Positions 38,421 through 48,320 of a DNA stretch of 64,000 nucleotides are shown here, one piece after another. This stretch comes from a virus. The stretch lies in IMG/VR virus record IMGVR_UViG_3300020165_000009, one strand, 5' to 3'. Position numbers and translations under genes: made by a program. Every line of letters begins with the position of its first letter. Positions within the stretch are counted from its first letter, which is position 1. The notes under the pieces are model-generated. The model had not been told where the DNA came from and did not search any database. It saw only the letters and a list, made by a program, of their open reading frames with translations.

Positions 38421-40676
38421 ATGAACATCGTGAAGAGAAACGGGGAATTAGTACCCTATAACGTAGACAAAATTCACCGAGTTATTGAATGGGCTGTAGA
38501 AGGTATTAAAGGCGTAACGGCGTCTGATATCGAAATTAATGCTGATCTGCAGAAGAAAGAAGGTATGACGACAGTCGAAATTCACGACGTCTTAGTTGAT
38601 TCAGCTGCAAATTTAATCAGCCTTAGTTCACCTAATTATCAATATGTTGCAGCGCGTCTATTATCATACCATCTACGTAAAGAGGTATGGGGTGGTAAGA
38701 ATCCTCCTAAGCTTGTCGACTTCATTAATGAGAATGTACATGATCATGATGTATATGATGAAGATATATTGATGATGTATAATAAGACAGAGATTAATAA
38801 ACTCGACGAATACATCGATCACAGCCGTGATGAAAACTTCACTTATGCAGGTATGCGGCAGCTGTGTGATAAGTACCTTATTCAAGACAGATCTACTGGA
38901 AAGCTTTATGAGACCCCTCAATTTGCTTATATGATTATTGCTATGGTGTGCTTTGGTCAATATACTGGCGATACGCGGATTGCTTATATAAAGAAAGCTT
39001 ACGATTACTTCTCAAAGTTTAAGATTAATATACCTACACCGTTAATGGCTGGTGTACGTACCAAGATCAGGCAGTATGCATCTTGTTGTCTAATTGATAT
39101 CGATGATACACTACCTTCTATCTTCTCGTCTTCCGCAGCAGCTGGTTTCGCTACAGGTTCAAGATACGGTATTGGTTTAAACATTGGCCGTGTGAGACCA
39201 ATTAACTCTCCTATTAGAAATGGTGAGGTCTTACATACAGGTGTTATCCCGTTCCTTAAGTTAATGGAATCCACCGTCAAGTCTTGCCATCAGAATGGTA
39301 TTAGAGGTGGTTCTGCTACAGTTAACTTTCCCTTCTGGCACTATGAGGCTGAAGATATGCTAGTACTTAAGAATAACTCTGGTACAGATGATAACCGTGT
39401 CAGAAAGCTCGACTACTGTATTCAATTTAGTGAGCTGTTCTATAAGAGGTTTCTTAGGAATGAAGACATTACTCTATTCTCTCCGAATGAAGCGAAAGAT
39501 TTATATGATGCCTTCGGACATGAAAACTTCGATGAACTGTACGAGCAGTATGAACGTAAGACCTCATTAAAGTTTAAGAAGACTATACCGGCTCGATCTT
39601 TAATGTCCCTCTTCGTTAAAGAGCGCGTTGAGACTGGTCGGATTTACTTCATGAATATTGACCACTGTAATCAGCGTTCTGCGTGGGATACAGATGTTAA
39701 GATGACTAACCTATGCGTTGAGGTATTACACCCTACAAAGCCTCTGCAAGATACTTCTGATACTGACGCTGAAATTGGTATTTGTATTCTCTCGGCTATT
39801 AACGTGTTAGAGATTCAATCTGATGCTGAGATGGAGAAAGTATGTGATATTACTATTCGTATTCTAGATCAGCTTATCGATTACCAAGACTACTTCCTAC
39901 CTGCAGCTGAGAACTTTACTAAAAATAGAAGATCTCTTGGCATCGGTATTACAAACTTCGCTGCTTATCTTGCTAAGAAGGGTGTGGGTTACGAGGATGC
40001 TGAAGCACCGAACGTTGCTGATGAGCTAATGGAGAAGGTGCAATATAACCTACTCAGCGCGTCATGTAGTCTTGCAGAAGAAAGAGGAGCATGCGCTAAG
40101 TTTAATGAGACTAAGTACTCAAAGGGCTGGTTACCGATTGATACGTATAAGAAAGAGATCGACGAGTATGTGACGAGAGAGAGTTCTATGGACTGGGAAG
40201 CTCTAAGAGCAAGAATTAAGGAGTTTGGATTGAGACATAGTACAGTATCTGCTATTATGCCTTGCGAGAGCTCTTCGGTTATTCAATGCTCTACTAATGG
40301 TATTGAGCCTGTTAGATCTTATATAACATATAAGAAATCTAAAGCGAGAACGCTACCTGTTATTGTACCTAACTACTCTTCATATAAGAGCAAGTATACT
40401 CTAGCATATGATATGAAGAGTAATGAAGGTCTTATTAAGATCGTAGGAGCGTTACAGAAGTGGGTCGATATGAGTATTAGTGCTAATGTATATTATAACT
40501 ATGCTCATTACGAAGGTGGAGCGTTACCAGATTCTAAGGTAATCAAAGAGTTATTATTAGCGTATAAACTAGGTTGGCGTACTGGTTATTATCTAAATAC
40601 AGATGATGGTGATAAGCAAAGCTCAGGTGAGGATGCAGTCGATGACGGTTGTGAATCTGGAGCTTGTGCAATATAA
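38421..40676 (+). CDS. nrdA: Class Ia ribonucleotide reductase alpha subunit with ATP cone
   Basis: IVKRNG ATP cone, ETPQF, PTP, ASCCL, TNLCVE, MPCESSS, NGIEP, C-terminal CESGACAI. Confidence 0.97.
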   Translation: MNIVKRNGELVPYNVDKIHRVIEWAVEGIKGVTASDIEINADLQKKEGMTTVEIHDVLVDSAANLISLSSPNYQYVAARLLSYHLRKEVWGGKNPPKLVDFINENVHDHDVYDEDILMMYNKTEINKLDEYIDHSRDENFTYAGMRQLCDKYLIQDRSTGKLYETPQFAYMIIAMVCFGQYTGDTRIAYIKKAYDYFSKFKINIPTPLMAGVRTKIRQYASCCLIDIDDTLPSIFSSSAAAGFATGSRYGIGLNIGRVRPINSPIRNGEVLHTGVIPFLKLMESTVKSCHQNGIRGGSATVNFPFWHYEAEDMLVLKNNSGTDDNRVRKLDYCIQFSELFYKRFLRNEDITLFSPNEAKDLYDAFGHENFDELYEQYERKTSLKFKKTIPARSLMSLFVKERVETGRIYFMNIDHCNQRSAWDTDVKMTNLCVEVLHPTKPLQDTSDTDAEIGICILSAINVLEIQSDAEMEKVCDITIRILDQLIDYQDYFLPAAENFTKNRRSLGIGITNFAAYLAKKGVGYEDAEAPNVADELMEKVQYNLLSASCSLAEERGACAKFNETKYSKGWLPIDTYKKEIDEYVTRESSMDWEALRARIKEFGLRHSTVSAIMPCESSSVIQCSTNGIEPVRSYITYKKSKARTLPVIVPNYSSYKSKYTLAYDMKSNEGLIKIVGALQKWVDMSISANVYYNYAHYEGGALPDSKVIKELLLAYKLGWRTGYYLNTDDGDKQSSGEDAVDDGCESGACAI

Positions 40677-40705
40677 ATAAGTAACACTAATATAATATAA
40701 TTAAC

Positions 40706-41767
40706 ATGAAGACTGTTCTAAATACAAAAAATATCGATACAACAAAAGAGCCTATGTTTCTAGGCGAAGATCTATCCCTACAGAGGTATGATAGGTTTAA
40801 GTACCCGAAGTTCTTTGAGCTATGGAGAAAGCAGGAAGAATTTCACTGGCTACCAGAAGAAGTATCTTTAACGAAGGACCGTAATGACTACGAAAATCTA
40901 ACGGATACAGAGAGATTTATCTTTAATAGTAATCTTAAATGGCAGACTATGACTGATAGTATGCTCTCCAGAAGTATTCATAATATTAAGAACTATGTAT
41001 CTAACCCAGAGCTAGAAATCTGTATGACTTCTTGGGCGAGATTTGAAACTATCCATAGTTATTCATATACATATGTACTACAGAATATCGCCAAGGATGC
41101 TACACAGTTCTTTGATTCTATTCTTGAAGATAAGGAGATTGTTAAAAGAGCGAATGAAATTAGCAGCGCATATAACACTCTACTAGGCGATGACGGTGGT
41201 TGTATGAAGCAACGAATTTTTAATTCTGTACTAAGTACTCAGATTACTGAAGGATTAGCCTTCTATACCTCTTTCGCATGCTCGTTCTTCTTCGGCTATA
41301 AAGGTAAGATGGAAGGTACGTCAAAGATCGTCGGTCTGATTGCACGTGATGAGAATCTACATACTGCTATTACACAGAATATTATGAAAAACTGGCGTGA
41401 TAATCCGGATGAAGGTTTCCAGGATATTGTTAAAGACAATGAGCAGAAGGTCTATGATATGTATCGCCTCGCTGTCGCGAACGAAAAGAAATGGGCTGAA
41501 TACCTCTTCTCTAAAGGGTCTCTCCTAGGGTTAAACGCTGACATGTTAGGTGGTTACATTGAATGGTTAGCTAACAATAGACTCAAGTCTCTTGGGTATG
41601 ACAAGATATTTGATGCGCCTACTAACCCTATTGGAGGCTGGTTAAACAGTTTTACAGATAGTTCAAAAGTACAGGTTGCTCCTCAGGAGACTGAAATTAG
41701 TTCTTATAAGATCGGTGCAAGAGATACTGAGATTGATTCATCTGATTTTGATGAATTTGAACTATAA
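40706..41767 (+). CDS. nrdB: Ribonucleotide reductase beta subunit
   Basis: FHWLPEEVSL, ETIHSYSY, EGLAFY-SFAC, IARDENLH, VAPQETEI. Confidence 0.97.
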   Translation: MKTVLNTKNIDTTKEPMFLGEDLSLQRYDRFKYPKFFELWRKQEEFHWLPEEVSLTKDRNDYENLTDTERFIFNSNLKWQTMTDSMLSRSIHNIKNYVSNPELEICMTSWARFETIHSYSYTYVLQNIAKDATQFFDSILEDKEIVKRANEISSAYNTLLGDDGGCMKQRIFNSVLSTQITEGLAFYTSFACSFFFGYKGKMEGTSKIVGLIARDENLHTAITQNIMKNWRDNPDEGFQDIVKDNEQKVYDMYRLAVANEKKWAEYLFSKGSLLGLNADMLGGYIEWLANNRLKSLGYDKIFDAPTNPIGGWLNSFTDSSKVQVAPQETEISSYKIGARDTEIDSSDFDEFEL

Positions 41768-41809
41768 AAGAAGTTGATTTAATAATTCTATACGTTATAA
41801 TAACCGTAT

Positions 41810-42535
41810 ATGAATATGAAAAATACAATTAAAACCGCTATCCTTTCATTGCTTGCAGCTACTGTTGTAAATGGTCAAGGCGTACAGAATACTAAAGATC
41901 AGAATGCAGTCGAGTTCGGCTACTACGAGCAACGTATCCACCGAGGGCAAGTAGACGCCACAGACGCCGCATACCTTAAGGCTTCGTCTGAGGTTGGTAC
42001 GCTTCGTAATCTTAGTATTGTTGGTAGTGTTGAGCTCGTAGAAGACGACAGAGACCAGCTTCACGCATCCCTAGGTACAGTATTCAATACACCAATCGGT
42101 GATATCGATACCCGTTTAGTAGCTCATAAAACTGAAGGTTCAGATTTTACCTTTGAACTCGAAGGCCAGTACAAGGTATCTCCCTTCAACTTCGTTGACG
42201 CTATCCTCTCTCTAAACGTAGAGGATGGAAGCGGTACAATTGATTACTCGACTCAGATGATTTATACACCCGCTCTAAACATCTCTAAGAGGTTTACATC
42301 TGAATACTTTGATCTCATTCTCGGCGGCGAGACCGGTAAGAGTTATGGTCTCGATGACAGCTTTCAATACATTCAACTGTATACTCGAGTAGAAACTATC
42401 ATTAATGAAACAGCTCATGTCTATGTACAGTTTAACTGGCTTGATAATGATGACGTAGTATATGATGCTACCACATTTGCTTCAAGTGAAGACTTCGACT
42501 CATCTATCCAGGCAGGTGTTTCGTTTAAATTCTAA
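41810..42535 (+). CDS. Outer-membrane beta-barrel protein with signal peptide
   Basis: MKNTIKTAILSLLAATVVNG signal peptide, amphipathic beta strands, C-terminal beta-signal AGVSFKF; sigma70 promoter upstream. Confidence 0.7.
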   Translation: MNMKNTIKTAILSLLAATVVNGQGVQNTKDQNAVEFGYYEQRIHRGQVDATDAAYLKASSEVGTLRNLSIVGSVELVEDDRDQLHASLGTVFNTPIGDIDTRLVAHKTEGSDFTFELEGQYKVSPFNFVDAILSLNVEDGSGTIDYSTQMIYTPALNISKRFTSEYFDLILGGETGKSYGLDDSFQYIQLYTRVETIINETAHVYVQFNWLDNDDVVYDATTFASSEDFDSSIQAGVSFKF

Positions 42536-42547
42536 CCTAACCAAAAC

Positions 42548-42586
42548 AAAAAAATGTCCCTTTCAGCCGAGAGGGACATTTTTTTT
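42548..42586. terminator. Bidirectional intrinsic terminator
   Basis: A7-TGTCCCT...AGGGACA-T8. Confidence 0.85.
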
Positions 42587-42716
42587 ATGTTTATATATAA
42601 AAAGTGTACTGCACGTGCCTAAATAAAACTAAGCAGGGAGAACATATAAAATATTAAACTAGGGTTGGATGGTGGGCAATTTTAATACCGGGTGTTTCGA
42701 GGTCGCGTATTATTAA

Positions 42717-43142
42717 TTATTTTTGATTACGTCTTATGGCACTAATATCTTCCTTTATAGACCTCTCCGAGGCCTTTATGTAGCTAATATCTCTCCTAAT
42801 CTCAGCAATATCAACTTCTAGTTGTTTCATCTCCCTTGAGAGTATAATCTCACCATCGTCAGAAATTAGTTTAGATATGAGACTTTCAATTTTAATGACT
42901 ACTGCTGCTAACTCCTGAAGCCGGTCTCGGTTTGAGCCTACTAGAAACCGTATTGACTCGGTCTCTTTTTCTAGATTTTCAACTTTTAAAAGTAATATTT
43001 GTCTATTTTTAGCATATACCTCATTGCTCACATACTGACTGTTAAGCCATAGAGCTGCGGTCGCAGCTACCAACGCGATGATAAACGTTGAAAAGTGAAA
43101 TCCATCAAAAAAGTTCTTTAGGGAACTACGGGGAGTTATCAT
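42717..43142 (-). CDS. Membrane-anchored coiled-coil late protein (possible lysis accessory)
   Basis: TM segment FIIALVAATAALWL followed by heptad repeats; TAAATA upstream. Confidence 0.5.
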   Translation of the reverse strand: MITPRSSLKNFFDGFHFSTFIIALVAATAALWLNSQYVSNEVYAKNRQILLLKVENLEKETESIRFLVGSNRDRLQELAAVVIKIESLISKLISDDGEIILSREMKQLEVDIAEIRRDISYIKASERSIKEDISAIRRNQK

Positions 43143-43199
43143 GTTAGTATTTAAGTTGCCCTTATGCCTATTACATAAAAAAAACTATTTTTTTAAAAG

Positions 43200-45395
43200 C
43201 TATTTTTGACCATTCGATCTCGGAGAGGCAGCTGATCGACCCGCGTCGCCATTTAGCGATGTAGCAGCTTCCCTGACAGCATTATTCGTATCTTTAAGCG
43301 TTAGAGGTAGATTAGCAAAAGCATGGTTATGGTCAGCGACGATCAGGGAGCTACTATTAATCGTAATAGTACCGGACCATGTACCTGCGCTTTCGTTTAT
43401 ACTACCAGCGAATGATGCCGTGTAGGTAGCACCGGGTTTTAACCTGGCTCCTGTAAGTTCTGTTAGTTGATACTCCCTAGGAGCTGTTACATGTTGTAGG
43501 TACGTTTCACCCTCAACGAGCATACCACCGCCTATAAGAACGTTTTTGGATACACCTAAACTACCATCGACTAAAATCTGTCGCTGTCTCTTATTTCTTA
43601 ATCTAAGTATATCAGCCGAGATATTAACTACCTTACCGTCGATATTAACCTCATTAGAAGAACCGACATTAACTTGTTCACCGGTTACATTCGTAATGGT
43701 ACCTACAACATTAGTAGGTCCGTAAGACTTTAGGTTTAAACCACCTGCACCTACGATAACATTGTATCTATTAGCAACATTAAGAGTAGATGTACCTCCA
43801 GGTAAGTCTTGTACATGTACATACTCAACGAGAGGAGAGCCTTCACCATCCACATATACAGTACCTCCAGACGATTTTATCTCACTGCTAGTAAATTTAC
43901 CGATAGGATCATATCTAATACTACCGAAATCATTCATTTCAAGCCCGATATTTTCTACCTTATTTTTAGTGATACTAATAATCTCACTACCACCAATACC
44001 TAATCCTTGCTCGATACTAGTTAGCTGTTCTATGTTAGCATCGAGAATTTCCTTTAATTGATCTTTCCTCTCGTCTATCTCCCATGTACCGCCTTCTGTT
44101 GATGGGCTCGGCTCCGGGACAGAAGGAGATGCACCTGATGGCCCGGATGCTGTACCGTCTAATATAACGACACTTTGGTCATTAATGTATGTACCTAGAT
44201 CACCCGGAGCGGAGCTTGAATCACCAGCTAATGTAGGAATTACCTCTGTACCTGCCGGGTTAGCTCCGAATGTACCTGACTGCTCTTGTAGATCACTGTT
44301 TCGACTCAATGTAACAAAACCGTCTGGGCTTCTGACGTCGTTATTACCCGTTCTTTTTATTTCAAAAAGCTGCTTGAACTCCTGAATGGGGCCAACAATA
44401 TCTTTCCACTCCTGAAACGCTGCTCTATCTAAGTTACCGACTTTCTTATATTTGTCTCTCAGGACTATTTCGTCAAAATCCTTCTGTGTAAACTCGTTCC
44501 TAAACCCATTGACAGTCTCATAATAATCATTCTGGACAAGAGTATTTTTGTTTGTAGTTGCTAACTCAATCGTAGCATGGTTATTCATCTCATAGTGTGA
44601 ACCTGAATATTGACCTAAAACTACTTTCTCACCTAAGTCTGTATTCACGAACTCTAGACTACCACCTTTTTGATTAATTACAAATTTATTTCTATATGTA
44701 TTTGCATCTGTATTATCATCCGTTGTACCAGCAGATCTGTTCTCGTACGTACCTGGATAATCATTGACACCTTTATCACCAAATATACCTGCCCAGTCCT
44801 CCTGACCGTAACTACTAGCGAAATATACAGGGAACTGTATATTACCTTCTCTGAAGAACACCCATACATGCGCACCTACAGCAGGTATAGAGAACGAGCC
44901 GCTAGCGGCATTATTATATGCATTAGGGGTGTAATTGTATGATAACGGGTTAGGCCTATTTGCGTAAGCCTCTGCTGTATCGAAAGCGTCGCTGAAAGTG
45001 ACCTCTTCATCATAAAGAGAATGAGGAGCATTACCATCGGCACCAGAAGCGCCTTCCGTTATAGTGCTTAGGAAATTAGAATACGACTTAGAGCCTGCTT
45101 CATTATAGTTGTTAAATCTACCGGTAGCATTCTCACCTACCAACGGCCCCGCGTATTCAGCCCATGGTAGTATTTGCTTTAGTTCATTTAATATAGGGGT
45201 AGTATCGCCGTTTACATTATCTCCAAAGAGACTGTCGATGCTCTTATCTGATTGACCATCGAGCCATGAAGAGTCTGAAAGAGGTGTGAGGTGAGGTATA
45301 AAGACTTTAACCCTACCGTATTGATCTGGGTCATTATTCTGTATAACGACACCTAGGTAGTTACCGAACTTCTTTTTTTCTTCCTTTTCCTCCAT
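43200..45395 (-). CDS. Baseplate hub/central spike protein, gp5/VgrG-like, lacking an internal lysozyme domain
   Basis: YLGVVIQNNDPDQYGRVKV, LPWA, PAVGAHVWVFF-P-YF OB fold; beta-helix-like C-terminus. Confidence 0.8.
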   Translation of the reverse strand: MEEKEEKKKFGNYLGVVIQNNDPDQYGRVKVFIPHLTPLSDSSWLDGQSDKSIDSLFGDNVNGDTTPILNELKQILPWAEYAGPLVGENATGRFNNYNEAGSKSYSNFLSTITEGASGADGNAPHSLYDEEVTFSDAFDTAEAYANRPNPLSYNYTPNAYNNAASGSFSIPAVGAHVWVFFREGNIQFPVYFASSYGQEDWAGIFGDKGVNDYPGTYENRSAGTTDDNTDANTYRNKFVINQKGGSLEFVNTDLGEKVVLGQYSGSHYEMNNHATIELATTNKNTLVQNDYYETVNGFRNEFTQKDFDEIVLRDKYKKVGNLDRAAFQEWKDIVGPIQEFKQLFEIKRTGNNDVRSPDGFVTLSRNSDLQEQSGTFGANPAGTEVIPTLAGDSSSAPGDLGTYINDQSVVILDGTASGPSGASPSVPEPSPSTEGGTWEIDERKDQLKEILDANIEQLTSIEQGLGIGGSEIISITKNKVENIGLEMNDFGSIRYDPIGKFTSSEIKSSGGTVYVDGEGSPLVEYVHVQDLPGGTSTLNVANRYNVIVGAGGLNLKSYGPTNVVGTITNVTGEQVNVGSSNEVNIDGKVVNISADILRLRNKRQRQILVDGSLGVSKNVLIGGGMLVEGETYLQHVTAPREYQLTELTGARLKPGATYTASFAGSINESAGTWSGTITINSSSLIVADHNHAFANLPLTLKDTNNAVREAATSLNGDAGRSAASPRSNGQK

Positions 45396-45432
45396 GTTAA
45401 TATTTAAAAGAAAGTAGTTACATTGCTATAGT

Positions 45433-46929
45433 TTATGGTTTAGCTGCAAGTACGAGAGCTGCTTCTGCATCTCTTCTCCGCTGCAAGCCTGGGACTGAAG
45501 GCCATATTCTCTTCATATCTGAAAGTTGCGTAGCTATATAACCGTAAATATCAGCTACAGGTATATTCCCTAGAAGTGCTTCATGAATGTTTCTCATCTC
45601 TAGTCTACTACTCGAACTACTTAGCGACCCGCCGCGATTGAATACTAGTGACACCAGTGCACCGAATGCATCAGCATTTAATTTACCCGGGGACATAGTG
45701 GTTTGAATCGAGCGTGGGAATGTACGCTTAGTCCTGTTAACTTGCGTTGGTATAGTATTGTTAACATATACCTGCTCTGCTGCTGCCCATGGTATAACTA
45801 TATCTCTTACAGAACTTAGAGCGTTTTTTGCTGCTGTTTTCTTGAGACCTACGACGCGCTCTAGCCGCACATAATCTCCCGGGTCTAACTTGTCGCGCCA
45901 GTCTAGTGCAAAGGCACTCTTACTATAATAACCTAAGTCATAACCGACGCCAATTGTAACACCAGATTGTACACCCGGCCAGGTAGGCCGACTGAGCCGA
46001 GCATTATAGTAATTAGCACCACCACCTACTTCAAAGTCTAATATTAACTTATACGCTTTATCGCTTAGGAGTGGTGATGGTGATGAACCACCGCTTGGTA
46101 CGCTTTGACTGCCCGTGGTGGTTACGCCAGGTAATCTCGGACTGGCTATAGCAGGTACACCTGTGGTTGTTACACCAGGTAAAGACGATCCCCCTATACC
46201 TTTACTAGGTACCCTGCCTAGTGTATTTAGTAGAGCTGCAGATGTGGCCTCTCCTCGCTCAGCGATTGTTGCCCCTGCCTTTAATGCCGCAGCTGCTTTT
46301 CCGAGTACGTTATCTGTTATTAAGCTTTTTGCTGACTCTAGTGCGGAAGTATCTACCCCGAAATCACGTAAATCTGTATTTGCAAGCTGACTAACATTAG
46401 TAGTAACGTCGCCAAGCATATCTCCGAACGATGAAGCTGTTTCTGTTACCTTAGTTAAGTCAGCCGTTACACATTCTTTTTGCTGATTCAGAAAATCAGT
46501 AGCTGCAATTCTTATATTTAACTTCTGATCTTTTAGAGCATTTACAGCACCTAATGCATCTTTTGCTACCTCTGGTAGTTTATCAAAAATTGCTGCTGAT
46601 GCTAACGCTTTTATTTTACCTAAATCAGGTATCTCACCATTAAGGACATTTGTTGCAGCACTTTGAATCTCACTAAAATCAGGTATCTCGGGCAATAATC
46701 CAGTTAACTTATCTCTGTAATTATTAACAGTGCTACTTACAAGCGCTTCCATATCTGGTGTAACGGACGCTATAACCGCATCGACCTTAAAATCCTTAAT
46801 ATCCGGTGACAGTCCACTTATTTGTGAAGGTAGAGCTCCAGTAAGTTTTGCAGCTATATCGTCAATTGGTAACGCGTTACAGAGACTTGGAATCTCTGGA
46901 ATTGGAATATCGGGTATACTAAATGCCAT
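45433..46929 (-). CDS. Baseplate/tail-associated protein with C-terminal pesticin/GH24-like lysozyme
   Basis: FEVGG, PTWPG-SGVTIGVGYDLG, LVSLVFNRG, GLQRRRDAEA; LPGVTTTG linker repeated twice. Confidence 0.75.
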   Translation of the reverse strand: MAFSIPDIPIPEIPSLCNALPIDDIAAKLTGALPSQISGLSPDIKDFKVDAVIASVTPDMEALVSSTVNNYRDKLTGLLPEIPDFSEIQSAATNVLNGEIPDLGKIKALASAAIFDKLPEVAKDALGAVNALKDQKLNIRIAATDFLNQQKECVTADLTKVTETASSFGDMLGDVTTNVSQLANTDLRDFGVDTSALESAKSLITDNVLGKAAAALKAGATIAERGEATSAALLNTLGRVPSKGIGGSSLPGVTTTGVPAIASPRLPGVTTTGSQSVPSGGSSPSPLLSDKAYKLILDFEVGGGANYYNARLSRPTWPGVQSGVTIGVGYDLGYYSKSAFALDWRDKLDPGDYVRLERVVGLKKTAAKNALSSVRDIVIPWAAAEQVYVNNTIPTQVNRTKRTFPRSIQTTMSPGKLNADAFGALVSLVFNRGGSLSSSSSRLEMRNIHEALLGNIPVADIYGYIATQLSDMKRIWPSVPGLQRRRDAEAALVLAAKP

Positions 46930-46975
46930 ATAATTATTTACTGGATATATGCAGTTTAGCCGCTATAATATGTAT

Positions 46976-47764
46976 ATGACGAAGATGATATCCCACGAAA
47001 CGCCTCTATCTATGCTAGAGGAATCAATTACATATAATGATTATGACTACGCTCTAGTACATCTATTTGAAACTCATCCTGATTATCTAAAGTTTTTCAA
47101 ACGCTCTCTGGCCTGTGGTAGAGAGGTTCTACTAGATAATAGTATATTTGAATTAGGTAAATCATTCGATAGTGTTAAATTTGCCGAGTATGTGAAAGAG
47201 TTACGACCGACATACTACATTGTACCTGATGTATTAGAGGATGGTTACCAGACGATGGTAGATTTCTCTAATTTTACTAAAGAATACACCGACTTACCTG
47301 GTTTGAAAATAGGTGTCGTGCAGGGCCGTACATACGATGAGTTAGTTGAGTGTTATCAGTATATGTCAAGGCACGCTGACTATATCGCGATTAGTTTTGA
47401 TTATAGCTACTATATTGCGACTGGTAGGGGCGGTACAGAATTAGAGCGTTGGTGTACAGGTAGACAGAAGTTTATTCGTGATCTTATCAATGATGGTGTC
47501 TGGAATTGGCAGAAGCCTCATCACCTACTCGGTTGCTCATTGGCTTCAGAGTTTGGGCATTACGGTGATATTAAGAACATTAGAACGATCGATACCTCTA
47601 ATCCGGTTGTAGCTGGTATTAAGGAACTACGTTATAATGGTAATCTAGGGTTAGTAGATAAGCCTTCTATTAAGTTAGCTGATCTTATCGATCATAAAGT
47701 AACTGATACACAGAAAGAGGCTATCTACTATAACGTTATGCAATTTAAATCCATTATACAGTAA
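46976..47764 (+). CDS. TGT-fold deazaguanine transglycosylase-like protein (DpdA3-like)
   Basis: LLDNSIFELG, IVPDVL, GVVQG, HHLLG, IDTSNP; contiguous with a kinase and queF; start refined to ATG 6 nt after TATAAT. Confidence 0.65.
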   Translation: MTKMISHETPLSMLEESITYNDYDYALVHLFETHPDYLKFFKRSLACGREVLLDNSIFELGKSFDSVKFAEYVKELRPTYYIVPDVLEDGYQTMVDFSNFTKEYTDLPGLKIGVVQGRTYDELVECYQYMSRHADYIAISFDYSYYIATGRGGTELERWCTGRQKFIRDLINDGVWNWQKPHHLLGCSLASEFGHYGDIKNIRTIDTSNPVVAGIKELRYNGNLGLVDKPSIKLADLIDHKVTDTQKEAIYYNVMQFKSIIQ

Positions 47765-47765
47765 T

Positions 47766-48320
47766 ATGATAGTTAGTTTTACAGGAGCTCAAAGTACAGG
47801 TAAGTCTACTCTACTTAAAAGATGTAGAGATGATGAAAAGTTTAAATCGTATGAATTTGAACCTGAGGTAACTAGATGGGTTAAGAAGACATATGACCTC
47901 TCTATTAATGAGGATGGTGATGAGTTTACGCAGTTAGCTATTCTAAATCGACATATGCATAATTATCTTACATATAAAGATAAAGATGTTATTTTAGATA
48001 GATGTATATTGGATGGCTTGGTGTATACGAGGTACCTGCATTGCAGTGGTAAGGTAGGTGCGGATGTAATGGAGTATGCGTCGTATCTATATCGTAAGCT
48101 TGTTGATAAGGTGGATGTTATATTCTACACTGAACCTGACATCCCATTGGTTGACGACGGGGAGAGAAGCATCGACGTAGAGTTTAGAAACAATATTGTA
48201 GATATATTTGAGAGGGTTTTAGCTTCAACAGAGACCTCAACTAAGGTAGTTAGATTGAAAGGATCAGTTGAAAATCGTATGAAAGTAGTATATAATGAGA
48301 TAGAAAATTATGGCAAATAA
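47766..48320 (+). CDS. Deoxynucleotide monophosphate kinase-like P-loop protein
   Basis: FTGAQSTGKSTLL, LDRCILDGLVY, DDGERS. Confidence 0.75.
   Translation: MIVSFTGAQSTGKSTLLKRCRDDEKFKSYEFEPEVTRWVKKTYDLSINEDGDEFTQLAILNRHMHNYLTYKDKDVILDRCILDGLVYTRYLHCSGKVGADVMEYASYLYRKLVDKVDVIFYTEPDIPLVDDGERSIDVEFRNNIVDIFERVLASTETSTKVVRLKGSVENRMKVVYNEIENYGK

Noticed and set aside
38421-41767. Introns or inteins in nrdA/nrdB
   Set aside because: Both ORFs are continuous and of normal length, with no homing endonuclease between them.
42587-42716. Possible ncRNA between the terminator and the 42717 gene
   Set aside because: Only weak short pairings are visible by eye; cannot be supported without covariation data.
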